Assembly: GCA_951406725.2 (NCBI GenBank)
Contig: OX597815.1
Coordinates: 180,420,001-180,484,000 of the forward strand
Direction: 5' to 3'
DNA: 64,000 nt
Source: Octopus vulgaris
Taxonomy: Eukaryota
Shown here: positions 1 through 13,861 of the stretch, in pieces
Position numbering within the stretch: the first letter of the stretch is position 1
Layout: every line of letters starts with the position of its first letter
Translations under genes and position numbers: made by a program
Notes under the pieces: generated by a model
What the model was told of the DNA's origin: nothing
Seen by the model: the letters and a program-made list of their open reading frames with translations, nothing else
Databases searched by the model: none

Positions 1-553
1 TCATCATCATCATCGTTTAACGTCCGCTTTCCATGCTAGCATGGGTTGGACGGTTCAACTGGGGTCTGGGAAGCCCGAAGGCTGCACCAGGCCAGTCAGA
101 TGTGGCAGTGTTTCTACAGCTGGATGCCCTTCCTAACGCCAGCCACTCCGAGAGTGTAGTGGGTGATTTTATGTGCCACCGACACAGGTGCCAGACGAGG
201 CTGGCAGACGGCCACGCTCGGATGGTGTTTTTTATGTGCCACCGACACAGGTGCCAGACGAGGCTGGCAGACGGCCACGCTCGGATGGTGTTTTTTATGT
301 GCCACCGACACAGGTGCCAGACGAGGCTGGCAGACGGCCACGCTCGGATGGTGTTTTTTATGTGCCACCGACACAGGTGCCAGACGAGGCTGGCAGACGG
401 CCACGCTCGGATGGTGTTTTTTATGTGCCACCGACACAGGTGCCAGACGAGGCTGGCAGACGGCCACGCTCGGATGGTGTTTTCTTATGTGTCACCGACA
501 CAGGTGCTAGACGAGGCTGGCGGACGGCCACGCTCGGATGGTGTTTGTTACGT
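1..553 (-). mobile_element. RTE-like LINE 3' end with (GAT)n tail and an internal 63-bp tandem array (~6 copies, 167-553)
   Basis: Shares GGCGTTAGGAAGGGCATCCAGCTGTAGAAA and the (CAT)n end with more than 12 copies in the window; 1-141 is near-identical to 48715-48855. Confidence 0.75.
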
Positions 554-954
554 GCCCTCAGTATTTAAGCTAAGCATGATATTGCTGTAATACACGTGGT
601 GCGTACATTCCTACAACACTGTTGTCTTTACGCGCTATAAAGGCAGAAGTAAATCAGCCTTCAACTCAATCACATGCCTGTATTCCACTCCATAAACATC
701 ACCAACTGCCTACCTTGAGTAATTACTGACGACACATTCCTGAGATATATTTATATATACATATATAGGTTATGAGAGGTAATGCTGAGTAAGTGCTATG
801 GATAGACTATAGTTAAGCTCCAGGTTTGGTGATTATGCAAATGTGGAGTCCAACGCAGGTCATATATTACCATGCATATATATATATATAAAATTAACAG
901 AATGAGATAAAAACCGAAGGCTGTAAAAGATTTCAGAACATTTATAAAGAGAAG

Positions 955-1002
955 GTCTTACAGATGTTTCCGGGATATTTTATACATCCCTTCATCAGAG
1001 AC
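955..1002 (-). ncRNA. Minimal type-I hammerhead ribozyme motif (Penelope-like)
   Basis: gtct-CTGATGA-a-gggat(gtataaaat)atccc-g-GAAAC-atct-GTA-agac. Confidence 0.7.
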
Positions 1003-2512
1003 GGTGCGAGACAATGGTTATGCTATAGTTATTATAAAGATATGAAATGTCTGTGTGTGTGTGTGTGTTTATTACCTGTCACCAGTTGACAACCCGTGTT
1101 GGTTTGTTTACAAAAGAAATCAATAGAGTAAGTACCAGGATTTAAAAAAGAACAACTACAGTGGTCAATTCACTTGACGAAAATTCCCCAGAGCAGTGCC
1201 CCAGCATGGCCACAGTCTAATGACTGAACCAGATCCTTTCACAAGGCTTTTGGTCTGTCTGAGGCTATAGTAGAAGACACCTGCCCAAGGTGCCACACAG
1301 CTATGCCTGGCACATGGAGAGAGAGAGAAATGTGATGATGATGAAATGAGACAGCATTATCTAAAATTCTACAAAATATTCAAAGAATTATGTTCTTTAC
1401 AAACTCATGCTCAATCATTGAAGAATTTCTCTTTCTGTGCATTTTAAATTATACATTTGTTTTCATTAACAAAACTTCGTTAAATTGTTGTGAAAATTTT
1501 ATCTAAAAAATGGGAAAAAAACTGTATTGTGAATGAGAAAAGTTGAGAGAGCTCCAATCATTTAAGTTGCTTAACTTGTCAGAAATAGCTGCAAAAATCT
1601 TCATCAGACTACACTATCTTAAAAGAGGAAAGGATACATTAGAATCACACTTCCTGAGAAAAAATGTGGGTATCTTTTAATCAGAGTTGATCTGGAGCTA
1701 AACAACAACAACAAACACATTCTTTTCTACTCTAGGCACATGGCCTGAAATTTTGGGGGAGGCAGCCAGTCGATTAGATCGACCCCAGTACACCACCAGT
1801 ACTTAATTTATCAACCCTGAAAGGATGAAATGCAAAGTTGACCTCGGCAAAATTTGAACTCAGAACGTAAAGACAGACGAAATAAAGGGACTAAACACAG
1901 AGAGGACAAACGGATTAAGTCGATTATATTGACCCCAGTGCGTAACTGGTACTTATTTAATCAACCCCGAAAGGATGAAAGGCAAAGTCGACCTCGGCGG
2001 AATTTGAACTCAGAACTTAGCGGCAGACAATATACCTATTTTTTTACTACCCACAAGGGACTAAACACAGAGAGGACAAACATGGACAGACAAACGGATT
2101 AAGTCGATTATATCGACCCCAGTGCGTAACTGGTACTTAATTTATCGACCCCGATTGGATGAACGGCAAAGTCGACCTTGGCGGAATTTGAACTCAGAGT
2201 GTAGCGGCAGACAAAATACCGCTAAGCATTTCGCCCAGCGTGCTAACGATTCTGCCAGATTGCTGCCACAACAACAAACATATTACCTGGGAAATAATAT
2301 GTCCTGGTCCCAAACAATAAATGACCAATTACACAGATGGTCACTCATGATTGGACAAGAATAAGATGAGAGGGATGTTAATAGTACAGGTGACATTACG
2401 AAACTAATTGTAATAATAGTGATATAGTAGCTGCAGAAGTAATGATCAACAGCAGTCCATCTATGACTAGCTCATCGTCACATTTTTAGAAACAGTTTAG
2501 AACAACATAGAG

Positions 2513-2835
2513 CAATGGTTCTTCAACAAGGGCCCATATAAAATTTGAGGTGGGGGGTCCACACTAAAAAGATAGTAATTTTGGGATGTAGAGTAGTACA
2601 TTAAGGGCTCATCAAAACATTTTGCTTTTTTACGTATTTATTGTAAGATAGAGGTTTCGTTCTCTAATGTTTTACATAGTTTAACCTGCACGAGTTAGTG
2701 TGTGCAAAGTAAAAAGGAATTTTGAAAGAAATGTCTATAGAACTAGTTTTTCAATATCAAATGGTTAAGGAGGTTCACCAGAATAAAACGGTAATCAAAG
2801 GCGTCCATAGGTAAAAAAATGGTCGAGAACCACTG
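2513..2835. mobile_element. hAT-like MITE
   Basis: Imperfect TIRs caatggttcttcaac / gtcgagaaccactg; approximate 8-bp TSD acatagag/acgtaaag. Confidence 0.55.
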
Positions 2836-3222
2836 ACGTAAAGGAAATTATGGCTGCTATTTCCAGCAGGTTGAGCAACCACTTAAAGGTCTCACATTTG
2901 CTTGCTGTGGTGGTAGCAGTAGTTGAGATCAGGGAAGTGTTGTTAGGGTACACAGCGAAGGTTACAGCAGAGGAGTCAAATGGGGATGGTGGTAATGATG
3001 CTGATGATGACAATGGTTAATGCCAGTGAGAGTAGCATCAATGACAATAAGGATGATGGTGAAGTTAATGGCGGGGAAGTAATAATCGTGTAATTTTATT
3101 GGGGACAGCAACAAATGGTTGTAGAGGTGACTATCAAAAGAGAGAAGACCCATGTATAGCACAGGGATGATAAAGATTGTTAAATTGGTTAGAGAAGGCA
3201 AATATGGTGTTTAGTGATTGTT

Positions 3223-3457
3223 AAGGCGGCGAGCTGGCAGAAACGTTAGCACGCCAGGCGAAATGCTGAACGGTATTTCGTCTGCCGCTATGCTCTGAGT
3301 TCAAATTCCGCCATGGTCGACTTTGCCTTTCATCCTTTCGGGGTCGATTAAATAAGTACCAGTTACGCACTGGGGTCGATATAATTGACTTAATCCGTTT
3401 GTCTGTCCTTGTTTGTCCCCTCTATGTGTAGCCCCTTGTGGGCAGTAAAGAAATAGG
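3223..3457 (+). mobile_element. tRNA-derived SINE family B (MetaSINE-like core); representative of dozens of copies, with clusters at 1720-2265, 5480-7500, 12860-13830 and 33765-34850
   Basis: A/B-box head (GAGTTCAAATT); core GCCTTTCATCCTTTCGGGGTCGAT..AAGTACC; TSD tagtgattgtt (3212-3222/3462-3472). Confidence 0.85.
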
Positions 3458-5038
3458 TATATAGTGATTGTTGGGAAAATGTCAGCAGTGGTGGCCATGG
3501 TGATAGAAAATGAAGTAAAACGACAGTGGAGATTGAATGAAAAATAATAAAAAGACCAAAAGAAACAAAAAAAAAAAGCTTGGCAGTTACACTTCATTCA
3601 TGATGTCTTATCAAATATATTTGCATTTCATTCATCAAAAAAAATTTAAGAATGAAAAAAAAAAAAGAAAAAAAATCAGAAGGGGATTGAATAACTAAAA
3701 CTGCTTTCTAACACAAAAGAATTACTTAATGAAGAGATGTAGAATGCTGTTTCGCTCAGCTTCCAACAGCAATCTAGTGCACAGACATTCCATCACACAA
3801 GACGGCATCTTACAAGCTATTTTCAACTGATATTGATAATGCAATTTCAACATCAGTGCAAAGGTATGGTTGTGTGTATGCATATATACGTGTGTGTGTG
3901 TGTGTGAGTCATCAAATCTGTTAGTGTTGCACCAAAGTTATTGATCTTTTACGCCTACACTGTGAAGATGTACTGTGTTCCTGTGGGAACATCTTTCAGA
4001 CTGGCAGATGAACACACACACACATACACACACATACGTTCAGCTTAAAAAAGAAAAAAGTAAAAGAGAATGTATGTGTGTATATAAATGCGTGTGCACA
4101 TACATATATATGTATGTATGTGAATATGTATTTACAAGTATAATGCAAGATCTGCAGATATTTTTTTGCATGAAGGTTACAGATATTTTTGTCTGCATGT
4201 CGATAGGTTTACCCACATGCATACACAATTACATACATATACACATAAGGTGTATTAATAGACAGATATAAATACGCATCTTTTTACACTTGCACACAAA
4301 AATATTTGTTCGCACTGTTCATTTATAGTTGAATCTTTTGGCTAGTTAGGAGGCTGCAAACAAAAGAAGGTCTCTTGTCTAATAAGGTTAAATTCACTAT
4401 GGTTATATATCAGAAAAATTTAGAGCAGTAATAAAAATATTGATTTTTACTAAATTATGAAATCTCAGGACTTCACTCCTACTACTATCACTGCCACCTG
4501 TGAAGTCATGGTGTTGATGCCTTTCTCTAATACATTGATATAATGGAAAACTGAAAGTGATTGCAACAGTATATCAAAACTGAGCCACAACTTCAGTTGC
4601 CATGGTATTTGTCACGAGAACTTTTAAATAACTAATGTCTTGTACGAGTGATAAAATCTAAGATTTTTGAAGGACAAACTGGAAATGAGAGGTTGCAACA
4701 AACCAAAGATAATTGGGGACATTGTAATCAAATGGAAATAACTATGAACCGAAACCAACTCTAAGCACTGGATTGAGGGTCAACAGCTTGTCGAGTATTC
4801 TATAAAGGGTCATTTTTTTGTGACTCTTTTACTTGTTTCAGTCATTTGACTGTGGCCATGCTGGAGCAGCGCCTTTAGTCAATCAAGTCGACCCCAGGAC
4901 TTATTCTTTGTAAGCCTAGTACTTATTCTATCAGTCTCTTTTGCCGAACCACTAAGTTACGGGGATGTAAACACACCAATATCAGTTGTCAAACGATGTT
5001 GGGGGTGGGGAAAACATATACACACACATACATGTATG

Positions 5039-5084
<46 letters not shown>

Positions 5085-7592
5085 ACGGGCTTCTTTCAGT
5101 TTCCATCTACCAAATCCACTCACAAGGCTTTAGTCGGCCCGAGGCTATAGTAGAAGACACTTGCCCAAGGTGCCATGCAGTGGGACTGAACCCTGAACCA
5201 TGTGGTTGGTAAGCAAGCTACTTACCACACAGCCACTCCTACGCCTATAGGAGTTCATAATAATGATTTGTTAGTATTCCGCCCCAGGACACATATTTGC
5301 TTTGACCAACCAGTTGGCTAATTTTTTTTTTTGCTATCATTCTCAAGTATTGGAATGGTGTCCAATGGAATGACAATTTTGTATTTATCTGTTGCAAACC
5401 TTACTTTCAAAACATTGAATATTAGAATCTAAGATATCCAACTCATTGATCTATAATAATAATAATAATAATAATAATGGTTTCAAATTTTGCCACAAGG
5501 GCAGCAATTTGGAGGGGGGGGTGAGTTAACTACATCAACCCCAGTACTCAGCTGGTACTTATTTTGTTGACTCCAAAAGGATGAAAGACTAAGTTGACCA
5601 TGGCAGAAAGACACATGAAATGTTGCTAAGCATTTTGCCCAGCAATGCTGACAACTGCACCAACTCGCTGCCTTAATAATAGTAATAATAATCTTGAGGC
5701 ACACAAGACCCGAAATTTGGGGGTAAGGGGCCAGTCGATTAGATCAACCCTGAAAGGATGAAAGGCAAAGTCGACCTTAGTGGAATTTGAACTCAGAATG
5801 TAAAAACAGATGAAATACCTATTTCTTTACTACCCACAAGGGGCTAAACACAGAAGGGACAAACAAGGATTAAGTCGATTGTATCGCCCCAGTGCATAAC
5901 TGGTCCTTAATTTATCGACCCCGAAAAGATGAAAGGCAAAGTCGACCTTGGCGGAATTTGAACTCAGAATGTAGCGGCAGGCGAAATACCGCTAAGCATT
6001 TTGCCTGGCCTGCTAACGTTTCTGCCAGCTTGCCACCTTATAATCATCATCATCATCATTTAATGTCCACTTTCCATGCATAGACATATATAAATTTAGA
6101 TAATAAGTGTAGAAATTGATATTAATTAGATTAATAACAATTTAAACCAGTGGTCTAGCATATTGGACGGTTTGACTGAGGACTGGTGAGCCAGAAGGCT
6201 GCATCAGGCTGTCTGATCTGGCAAAATTTCTACAGCTGGATGCCCTTCCTAACACCAACCACTCCAAGAGAGTAGTGGGTGTTTTTACATGCCATAATAA
6301 TAATAGTTTCAGATTTTGGCACAAGGCCAACAATTTCGGTGGAGTTCGGTAATGGATTACATCAACCTGAATGCTCAACAGGTATTTATTTCATTGACGC
6401 TGAAAGAATGGAAGGTAATATTAGGTCCTGCATAATTAGAACTCAGAACACAGATGAAATTCCACCAAGCATTTTGTCCAGCATACTAACGATTCTGCCA
6501 GTTTGCTTCCTTAATAATAATAATAATAATTTAAATGATTTCATTTCTTTGCCACAAGGACAAAGGATGAGGGGAGACAATACACAGACAGACCATAAAG
6601 TGTGGGGATTTACATATAAAGAATTGATAAAATAAAAAAAAAAAATTTTTTTAAGTGGGTGGAGTAAGTATACACTGAAAGAGAAGGGACATGTACATAA
6701 GTATGCGACAGGTGAAAAATAATAATAATAATAATCCTTTCTACTAAAGGCACAAAACCTGAAATTTGTAAGAAGAGGACTAATCGATTACATCAACCCC
6801 AGTGTTTCACTGGTACTTAATTTATTGACCCCAAAAGGATGAAAGACAAAGTTGACCTCGGTGTCATTTGAACTCAGAATGTTGCAGCAGACAAAATGCT
6901 GCTGAGCATTTTGCCTGGTGTGCTAACGATTCTGCCAGGTAGCCGCCTTCAATAATAACAATAATAATGGCTTCAAATTTTGCTCCAAAGGCAGCTATTT
7001 TGAAGGAAGGGATGTGTTGATAAAGTCGACCCCAGTGTTCAACTGGTACTAAATTTATCAACCCTGAAAGGATGAAAAGCGAAGTCGACCTTGGCAGAAT
7101 TTGAACTCTGAGTGTAGTGGTAGACAAAACGCCACTAAGCATTTTGCCCAGTGAATAATAATAATAATGATAATCCTTTCTACTATAGTCACATGGCATG
7201 AAATTTTGAGGGGGGAGGGCTAAAAAGAAAAGTCAACTACAGTGGAATTTGAACTCTGGCTATAAAGAACGGGAAGAAATAATGCTAAGCATGTCCAATG
7301 TGCTAATTATTCTACTAGCTCGTTACCCTACTACTACTAACAACAACAACAACCCTTTTTGCTGTAGGCACAAGGCCTGAAATTCTGGCAGAGGGGCTAA
7401 GTCAATTATATTGACCTCCAGTGTTCAACTGGTACTTATTTTATGTAACTCAAAGAAATGAAAGGCTAAGTCAACCTTGGCAGATGGACAGAATGCTACT
7501 TCTTCCATTTCTTTCTGAAATTCTCTGCTTCCCACAATTTGTTTCTTCAGATCATCTTACAAAATGTTAACATTGAATATCAACCAATTAAT

Positions 7593-8019
7593 TATTTACA
7601 TTTGACAGATATTTGTCCTCGTCTTGTTTGTTGTTAACATAACGTTTCAGCTGATATACCCTCCAGCCTTCATCAGGTGTCTTGGGGAAATTTCAAACCT
7701 GGGTTCTCATTCCTAAGGTATTTTTCGATATAATTATAATTATTATTATTCGGGTCACTGCCTGGAATCGAACTCGGAATCTACTAACCCCAAGATGCTG
7801 AGTTTGATTCCAGACAGTGACATGAATAATAATAATAATAATAATAATATCAAAAAATACCTTAAGAATGAGAACCCAGGTTTGAAATTTCCCCCAAGAC
7901 ACCTGATAAAGGCTGGAGGGTATATCAGCCAAAATGTTGTGTTAACAACAAACAAGATGATAAATATCCTTCAAATGTAAATAATGTACATAATTCCTCA
8001 TCTCTTAAATATAGAACTG
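7593..8019. mobile_element. Palindromic tRNA-head/hammerhead element
   Basis: Inverted arms; hammerhead core intact on - (~7636-7681) and mutated on + (~7898-7942). Confidence 0.8.
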
Positions 8020-8239
8020 TATCAACTAATTAATGTCAGACGACCTGCAAAGGTCAAAGACACTGACCCTTCCACTTGACGAAGAAAACAACAACAAAAA
8101 TGATTCTGAGCTGTTCATTCACTTCTGAAAGCCCCCATCATTTCACTGACTTCAACAGAAATAAAATTTTCCTCTAGGTAATTTACTAATGGTTTTCACA
8201 TCACAGAGTCTTTTTTAAACATAATGGTACAAAGACAAT

Positions 8240-8720
8240 AATGCTGCAACATAAAATACTTAAGATCCTGATAGAATGCCAAATAGAACCTGCCAACCTT
8301 TAATCGTCTTGTCTTGTTTTAAGTCTGTGAAAATTTGCTTTTGTAATACCAACACACAAGAGATATACCAAAGCCAAAGCTTTGAAGTATAATCGAATAG
8401 CCTTGCTTAGAATCAACGATAAGGTTATAGAATTGACAATCCATAAAAAAAAAAAATAATAATGATAAAACGATTTGGTTCCTAGCTAAATCTCAGCAAA
8501 CTTTCTCACCATCCACCCTGAGACCTGGAATAATCATTAGAAAATGTGTTGGCAAATAGTTTTGTGTGATAGCTCTGGATATCAAAGGAGCCTTTGATGA
8601 ATTTTGGTACATTTGAACTTATTTAAGCTTAAGTATCAGTGAGCTAGATGAAGAAATAGTTCTCCAGCAATAGAATTACTTTAATAGAACTATTATGATT
8701 GATCTTACAAGTCAGTATTC
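8240..8720 (+). mobile_element. Degenerate LINE reverse-transcriptase fragment
   Basis: Frameshifted remnants, including VIALDIKGAFD and an upstream FGF-like motif. Confidence 0.55.
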
Positions 8721-10027
8721 CGATGTGGTGTTGTTTAGTCCTGATCAGTCATGATTGAGCAGAATTAGAATCAGCATTCCAGCTATGATCATCTCATCTT
8801 TTATTCGGACATAGTGTATCAAAGATCGTGTAAGCTAATGTCTCCTTCTTCTAAGGTGGTAGGGTGTAATTTGAGTAACATTTGGCTGCTATTTCTAGAG
8901 AATCAGAATCTCCTTCACTGATTAGAGTCTGACTTATCTATCACAGAACTCAATATTTGATCCACTTCTGCTGATTGCCTCCAGATATAATTTTACTAAA
9001 ATAATCCAGGAGTATTCTGTTGTGTCTGGGGAGAATCATTCTCTTTTGGTGCTTTATAATTTAACACACACACACCAGTAAGATTTCCACTTATTTCTTT
9101 TTTTTATTTTTCTAAAATTTTCGTTACGTCTTGCAACCTTTTCAATAGTTTTGACTGTCCGTTACTCACACTGCGTTCCTTTTTGTTTGTGCGCATGTGT
9201 GGATCAGCGAGTATGCGCCTATACATGCATGTGTGTGTGTGTACATTTGTATGTATGTATTTTGCATATTCATGTGTTTGCATGTCTACGTTTGTGTGTT
9301 TTTATGTATGTGTGTACCTCTGCCTCTTTGTGTGTTTTGCAACTATGTACCATGTTTGTATGTATGGATGTGCATCCCCATATGTGTGGACATGTGTCTC
9401 TATATGTGTCCTTGTTTGAAGTAAAGTGTGTGTGAGTATATATATGGTGATGTGTTTCAGTCTTCATTTGCATATGTGAGCTTGTCTGTTCATATAACCT
9501 ATGTACCTATCCGTCTGTATGTTGGTCTGTTTACTTTTATATCCATATGCTTACATACATCTGCATATACACACCCACCCATCCACACACACACACATAC
9601 ATACATCTACATATATATTTACACCCACCACACATTCTCTTCTGACCCACATTTGATCAAGTTGGGTATCAGTTTTAACAATCTAACCAACAATAGTAAA
9701 TTGTAAAGGTCACAAATAATCATCATCATCATCATTCAACATCTGTTGTCCACACTGGCACAAGTTCGATGGTTTGACTGGGTTGGCATGCTGGAAGGCT
9801 GCACCAGACTCGTCTGATTTGGCATGGTCTTCTACAGCTGGATGGCCTTCCTAATACCAACCACCCCAAGAGTGTAATGGGTGTCATTTGTGTGACACCG
9901 AGATGCTTCTATGTGCATCCGGCATGGGTGCCAACCTGTGTGATGTCGGTACCTACTATGATTGTTATTTTGTTCAGCTTGATAGGTTTTCTCAGGCACA
10001 GCATAATGCCAAACATCTGTCATTGCC

Positions 10028-10305
10028 AGGGTTCTCAATCCTAAGGTATTTTTCAATATTATTATTATTCAGGTCACTGCCTGGAATTGAACTTGGAATC
10101 TTGGGGTTAGTAACCACTATGCCCCACAGGCATATGGTGTAGTGGATAATAATATAGTAATAATAACATCGAAAAATACCTTAGGAATGAGAACCCAGGT
10201 TTGAAATTTGCCCAAGACACCTGATGAAGGCTGGAAGGTATATCAGCCGAAACGTGTTAACAACAAACAAGATGAGGACAAATATCCATCAAATGTAAAT
10301 AATAT
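10028..10305 (+). mobile_element. Truncated palindromic tRNA-head/hammerhead element
   Basis: Same family; CTGATGAaggctg..cagccGAAA at ~10221-10249. Confidence 0.75.
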
Positions 10306-10744
10306 ACGAGAGCTACACTTTTCACGATTTATCTTGTAGTCTCCACTCACTTATTTTTTCTAACTACATCTATAAACACTTTATCTTGAGAAAATACTTC
10401 TCATTTATAATCAAGTGTCAGATTTTATATGAAAGAGGAAATGTAACTGAATTCCAGTTATATATATTTATTAAATTTATAAACTTTATTCTGAATTTGT
10501 TTAGTCTTGGTTAGCTGGCAAGATTTGTTAGCATGCCAGGCAAAATATTCAGTGATATTTCATCTGTCTTTACATTCTGAGTTCAAATTCTGCTAAGGTC
10601 AACTTTGCTTTTTATCCTTTGAAGGTCGATTAAAATAAGTACCTGTTGAATACTGAAGTCAATGTAATCAACTTACCTCCTCTTCCAAAATTGCTGGCCT
10701 TGTGCTAAAATTTAAAACCAATACTCACTAAATAATTTATTGGT

Positions 10745-11540
10745 AGAGGGGAACCTGTGGTGGAGGAAGACATGGGATGAGGTGGTGAAGCATCATCTTT
10801 GAACTTTGGGCCTCACAGAGGCAATGACTAGTGTTATAAACCCAAACTCGAATATCAAAGTTTAAAAGGTTTTAATTGACAAAAAATACAGCAATATACA
10901 ATACAAAGATTGCTAAATTGTAAGCAAAACCAAACTTCAATGCAATAACACTTTTATGCAGCGAGTTGCTACATTCTAGACTAACTAAAATCAACGCTGA
11001 GCACGTCGTCTGCAAACAGAACAGAGCTCCGTGCAATCGCACTGCAGGCATATAACAGCAATTGAGACAATCAAAATCACTTGATCAAAACTAAAATCAC
11101 AACTAGCGACCGAGACTTTTGGTAATATGCTGTGCTTGCAAAGACCTGTGAAGCCTAGTGAAATCATTGTCGGTGTCACGTAAGTGGCACCCATGCTGGT
11201 AGCATGTAAAAGGCACCTTTCTAGTGTTGGGCCTCAAGGCAAAGTGGCTGATGCCGGTGGCACGTGAAAGGCTCCTTTCAGGTGCTGGGCCTCACGGAGG
11301 CAATGACTGAGATATTTGGTTATGTTGTGCTTGAGAAAAAGACCCATCAAATCAAGTAAAATAGTAGTCGTGCAAATGGCACCTGTGCCAGTGACATGCG
11401 AAAGCACCCATTACACTTGGGGTGGTTGGCATCAAGAAGGGAATCCAGCTGTAGAAAACAATGCCAAATCAGACTGGGGTCTGATGCAGCCTTCCAGCTT
11501 GCCAGCCCTAATCAAAACTGTCCAACCCATGCCAGCATGA
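10745..11540 (+). mobile_element. RTE-like LINE 3' end (ORF2 C-terminus TWDEVVKH..TLGLTEAMT plus 3' UTR), interrupted by a solo LTR
   Basis: Translation remnant followed by the same 3' UTR as the (GAT)n-tailed family. Confidence 0.7.
10832..11101. mobile_element. Solo LTR (270 bp)
   Basis: TG...CA ends and a perfect 5-bp TSD ACTAG (10827-10831 / 11102-11106). Confidence 0.7.
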
Positions 11541-12289
11541 ACATTATCATCATTATCCAATGTCTTAAATACAGGTTTTGTCCCTGTTAACGGGGGTGGC
11601 CAGATCTACCTCAATGCCATAGCAACTGGGGAAGGCAGGTGCAGCCCACCCAAATCTTTGGGCTGGCTGGTGCCCATTCTCCTTTGTTATCATGAGGCTT
11701 TTTTAGAGCTGGATTTTCTATGGAGAGCATGCCCTTACTTACTCCCAACTTCAGTTTCTAGACATGAGTGGCCCTGAGACCAAGGCCTCTACCATGATTT
11801 TTAAGAAATGTGGTCGAAAACTAGCTCAGGTAGGCAGGGACACTACTCCCTGAAACCCCTTTTGGAGCCCCCTATCAACAGATGCTAAATGATGATGATG
11901 ATTAGTAAATATAGACAAAGAGCAACTGGGAATCCAATGATCAAGCAGTGATAGCGGACAAATGCAAAGATACACACACACGTGATAGGCTTCCACAGTT
12001 TCCATCTATCAAATTCACTCACTAAGTACAGGACAATAGAAGAAGATCCTTGCCCAAGGAGTCACACAATGGAACTGAACCCAAGACCTGGTAGTTGCAA
12101 AGCAAGCTCCTTAACCACATCGCCATGCCTGTACCTTGTAACCACATCTTTAGAGATGAGAATTGCAACCCAACAAGACAACACAAGGGGAGAAAACATA
12201 TTTTGGAAATTGGAATTAAGAGAAATATACAAGATTAATTAGCAAACAGACATCACTGGAAACTTCGTCATATTCAGTCACTAATTAAA

Positions 12290-12806
12290 AGAATTGCAAC
12301 CAAAAGAATACCCTCCATCAGGCATCTGCCATATCCTGAACGCCTTGGTTCCCAGGGCATGGACACATTGAAGCTCTGACGTCTGGCAGCTGACTTGGCA
12401 GACACCCATAAAATTATCAACCATCGCACAAACAATAACTGAGCACCTCTTCAAACTCCACCCATATTTATAAGTATGGACATATTTACAAAGTAAGAAA
12501 ACAGCACAGCTCCCATGACTTCAGGAAACATTTTTTCACGCTGAGAGTTGCTGAAGCATGGAACAAACTGCCGGCATTGGTTGTTAGTTGTCGGAGCACT
12601 GCATCCTTCAAAACTTCCATGCTGCCTGAGATTCGCCATCACTACGCTTGATTTTCTCCCCTCCATACACACACAAGCATGTATCTGACTCATACACTGT
12701 TCACTTTCCAGACATTTCTACATTACTGCATGTACTTTATATGCACTTTCTGACAAGTTGTGGTGCACCTGAGCACTGTATACAATAATTTCATTATTAT
12801 TATTAT
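12290..12806 (+). mobile_element. CR1-like LINE 3' fragment
   Basis: Homologous to 57427-57966 (RKHFFTLRVAEAWNKLP); (TTA)n tail. Confidence 0.85.
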
Positions 12807-13861
12807 TTAAAAGTGCCAGTCACAAACTGATTTTTTTTCTCCATTAAAAGAAGAAAAAAATCTATAATGGTTTTTGGTTGAGGCATGAGAGCAATAATTT
12901 TAAGGGAAGCAGGATTAATCAAAGCCATTGACCCTAGTATGTGACTGGTGCTTTATGTTATCAACCCTTGAGGGTTTGAAGCCAGAATGTAAAGTGTTGG
13001 GGCAAATGCATCATGGCATTTGGTCTGACATTCAAATGATTCTGGCGGCAAGCTAGCAGAATGGTTAGCATGCCAGGCAAAATGCTTAGAAGTATTTCGT
13101 CTGTCTTTACATTCTGAGTTTGAATTCCACCAAGGTCAACTTTGACTTTCATCCTTTCGGGGTCAATAAAATTAAGTACCAGTTGTATACTGGGGTTGAT
13201 CGAATCGACTGGCCCCCTTGCTAAAAATTTCAGGCCTTGTGCCTAGAGTAGAAAAGATTCTAATGATTCTGCTAAATATTAATAATAATTCTGAACTTTG
13301 CAATATAAGTTGATTACATTGCCCCAGTGCATAACTGGTACTTATTTATTTGATCCTGAAAGGATGAAAGGCAAAGTCGACCTCGTCAGAATTTGAACTC
13401 AGAATGTAGTGGCAGACAAAATACCACTAAGCATTTCGCCCAGCATGCTAATGATTCTGTGTGCTTTCTGCCTTATTAATATTAATAATGGTTTTAAATT
13501 TGGCACAAGGCCAGAAAATTTGGGACAGTGGGCAAGTCAGTTACAACGATCCCAGTGATTGACTAGTTCTTATTTTATCAACCCCAAAAAGATAAAAGGC
13601 AGGATTTGAACTTGGAACATAAAGGTGTATAAAAAGCAACCAACCATTCTGCCAGGCATGCTAATGGTTCTTCCAGCTCACAGCCCAAATAATAATAATC
13701 CTTTCTGGTGGGGACAAAAGGCCTGAAATTTTTTGGGAGGAGGACTAGTTGATTACATCAACCCCAGTATTTCACTGCTACTTAATTTATCAACCCTGAA
13801 AGGGTGAAAGGCAAAGATGACTTTGGCAAAATTTGGATAATAATAATAATGATAAATAATA

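Noticed and set aside
167-553. CRISPR-like array or repeat-protein gene
   Set aside because: No unique spacers, eukaryotic context, and it lies within a LINE 3' UTR.
3720-3870. Possible plus-strand exon ending in aag/gtatgg
   Set aside because: No recognisable protein, stops present, and no partner exons.
11743-11820. Candidate missing CLCN7 exon (RGLGLR, bounded by ag/gtaag on -)
   Set aside because: It has an in-frame TAG, and the rest does not resemble CBS2; probably a chance match in repeat-derived sequence.
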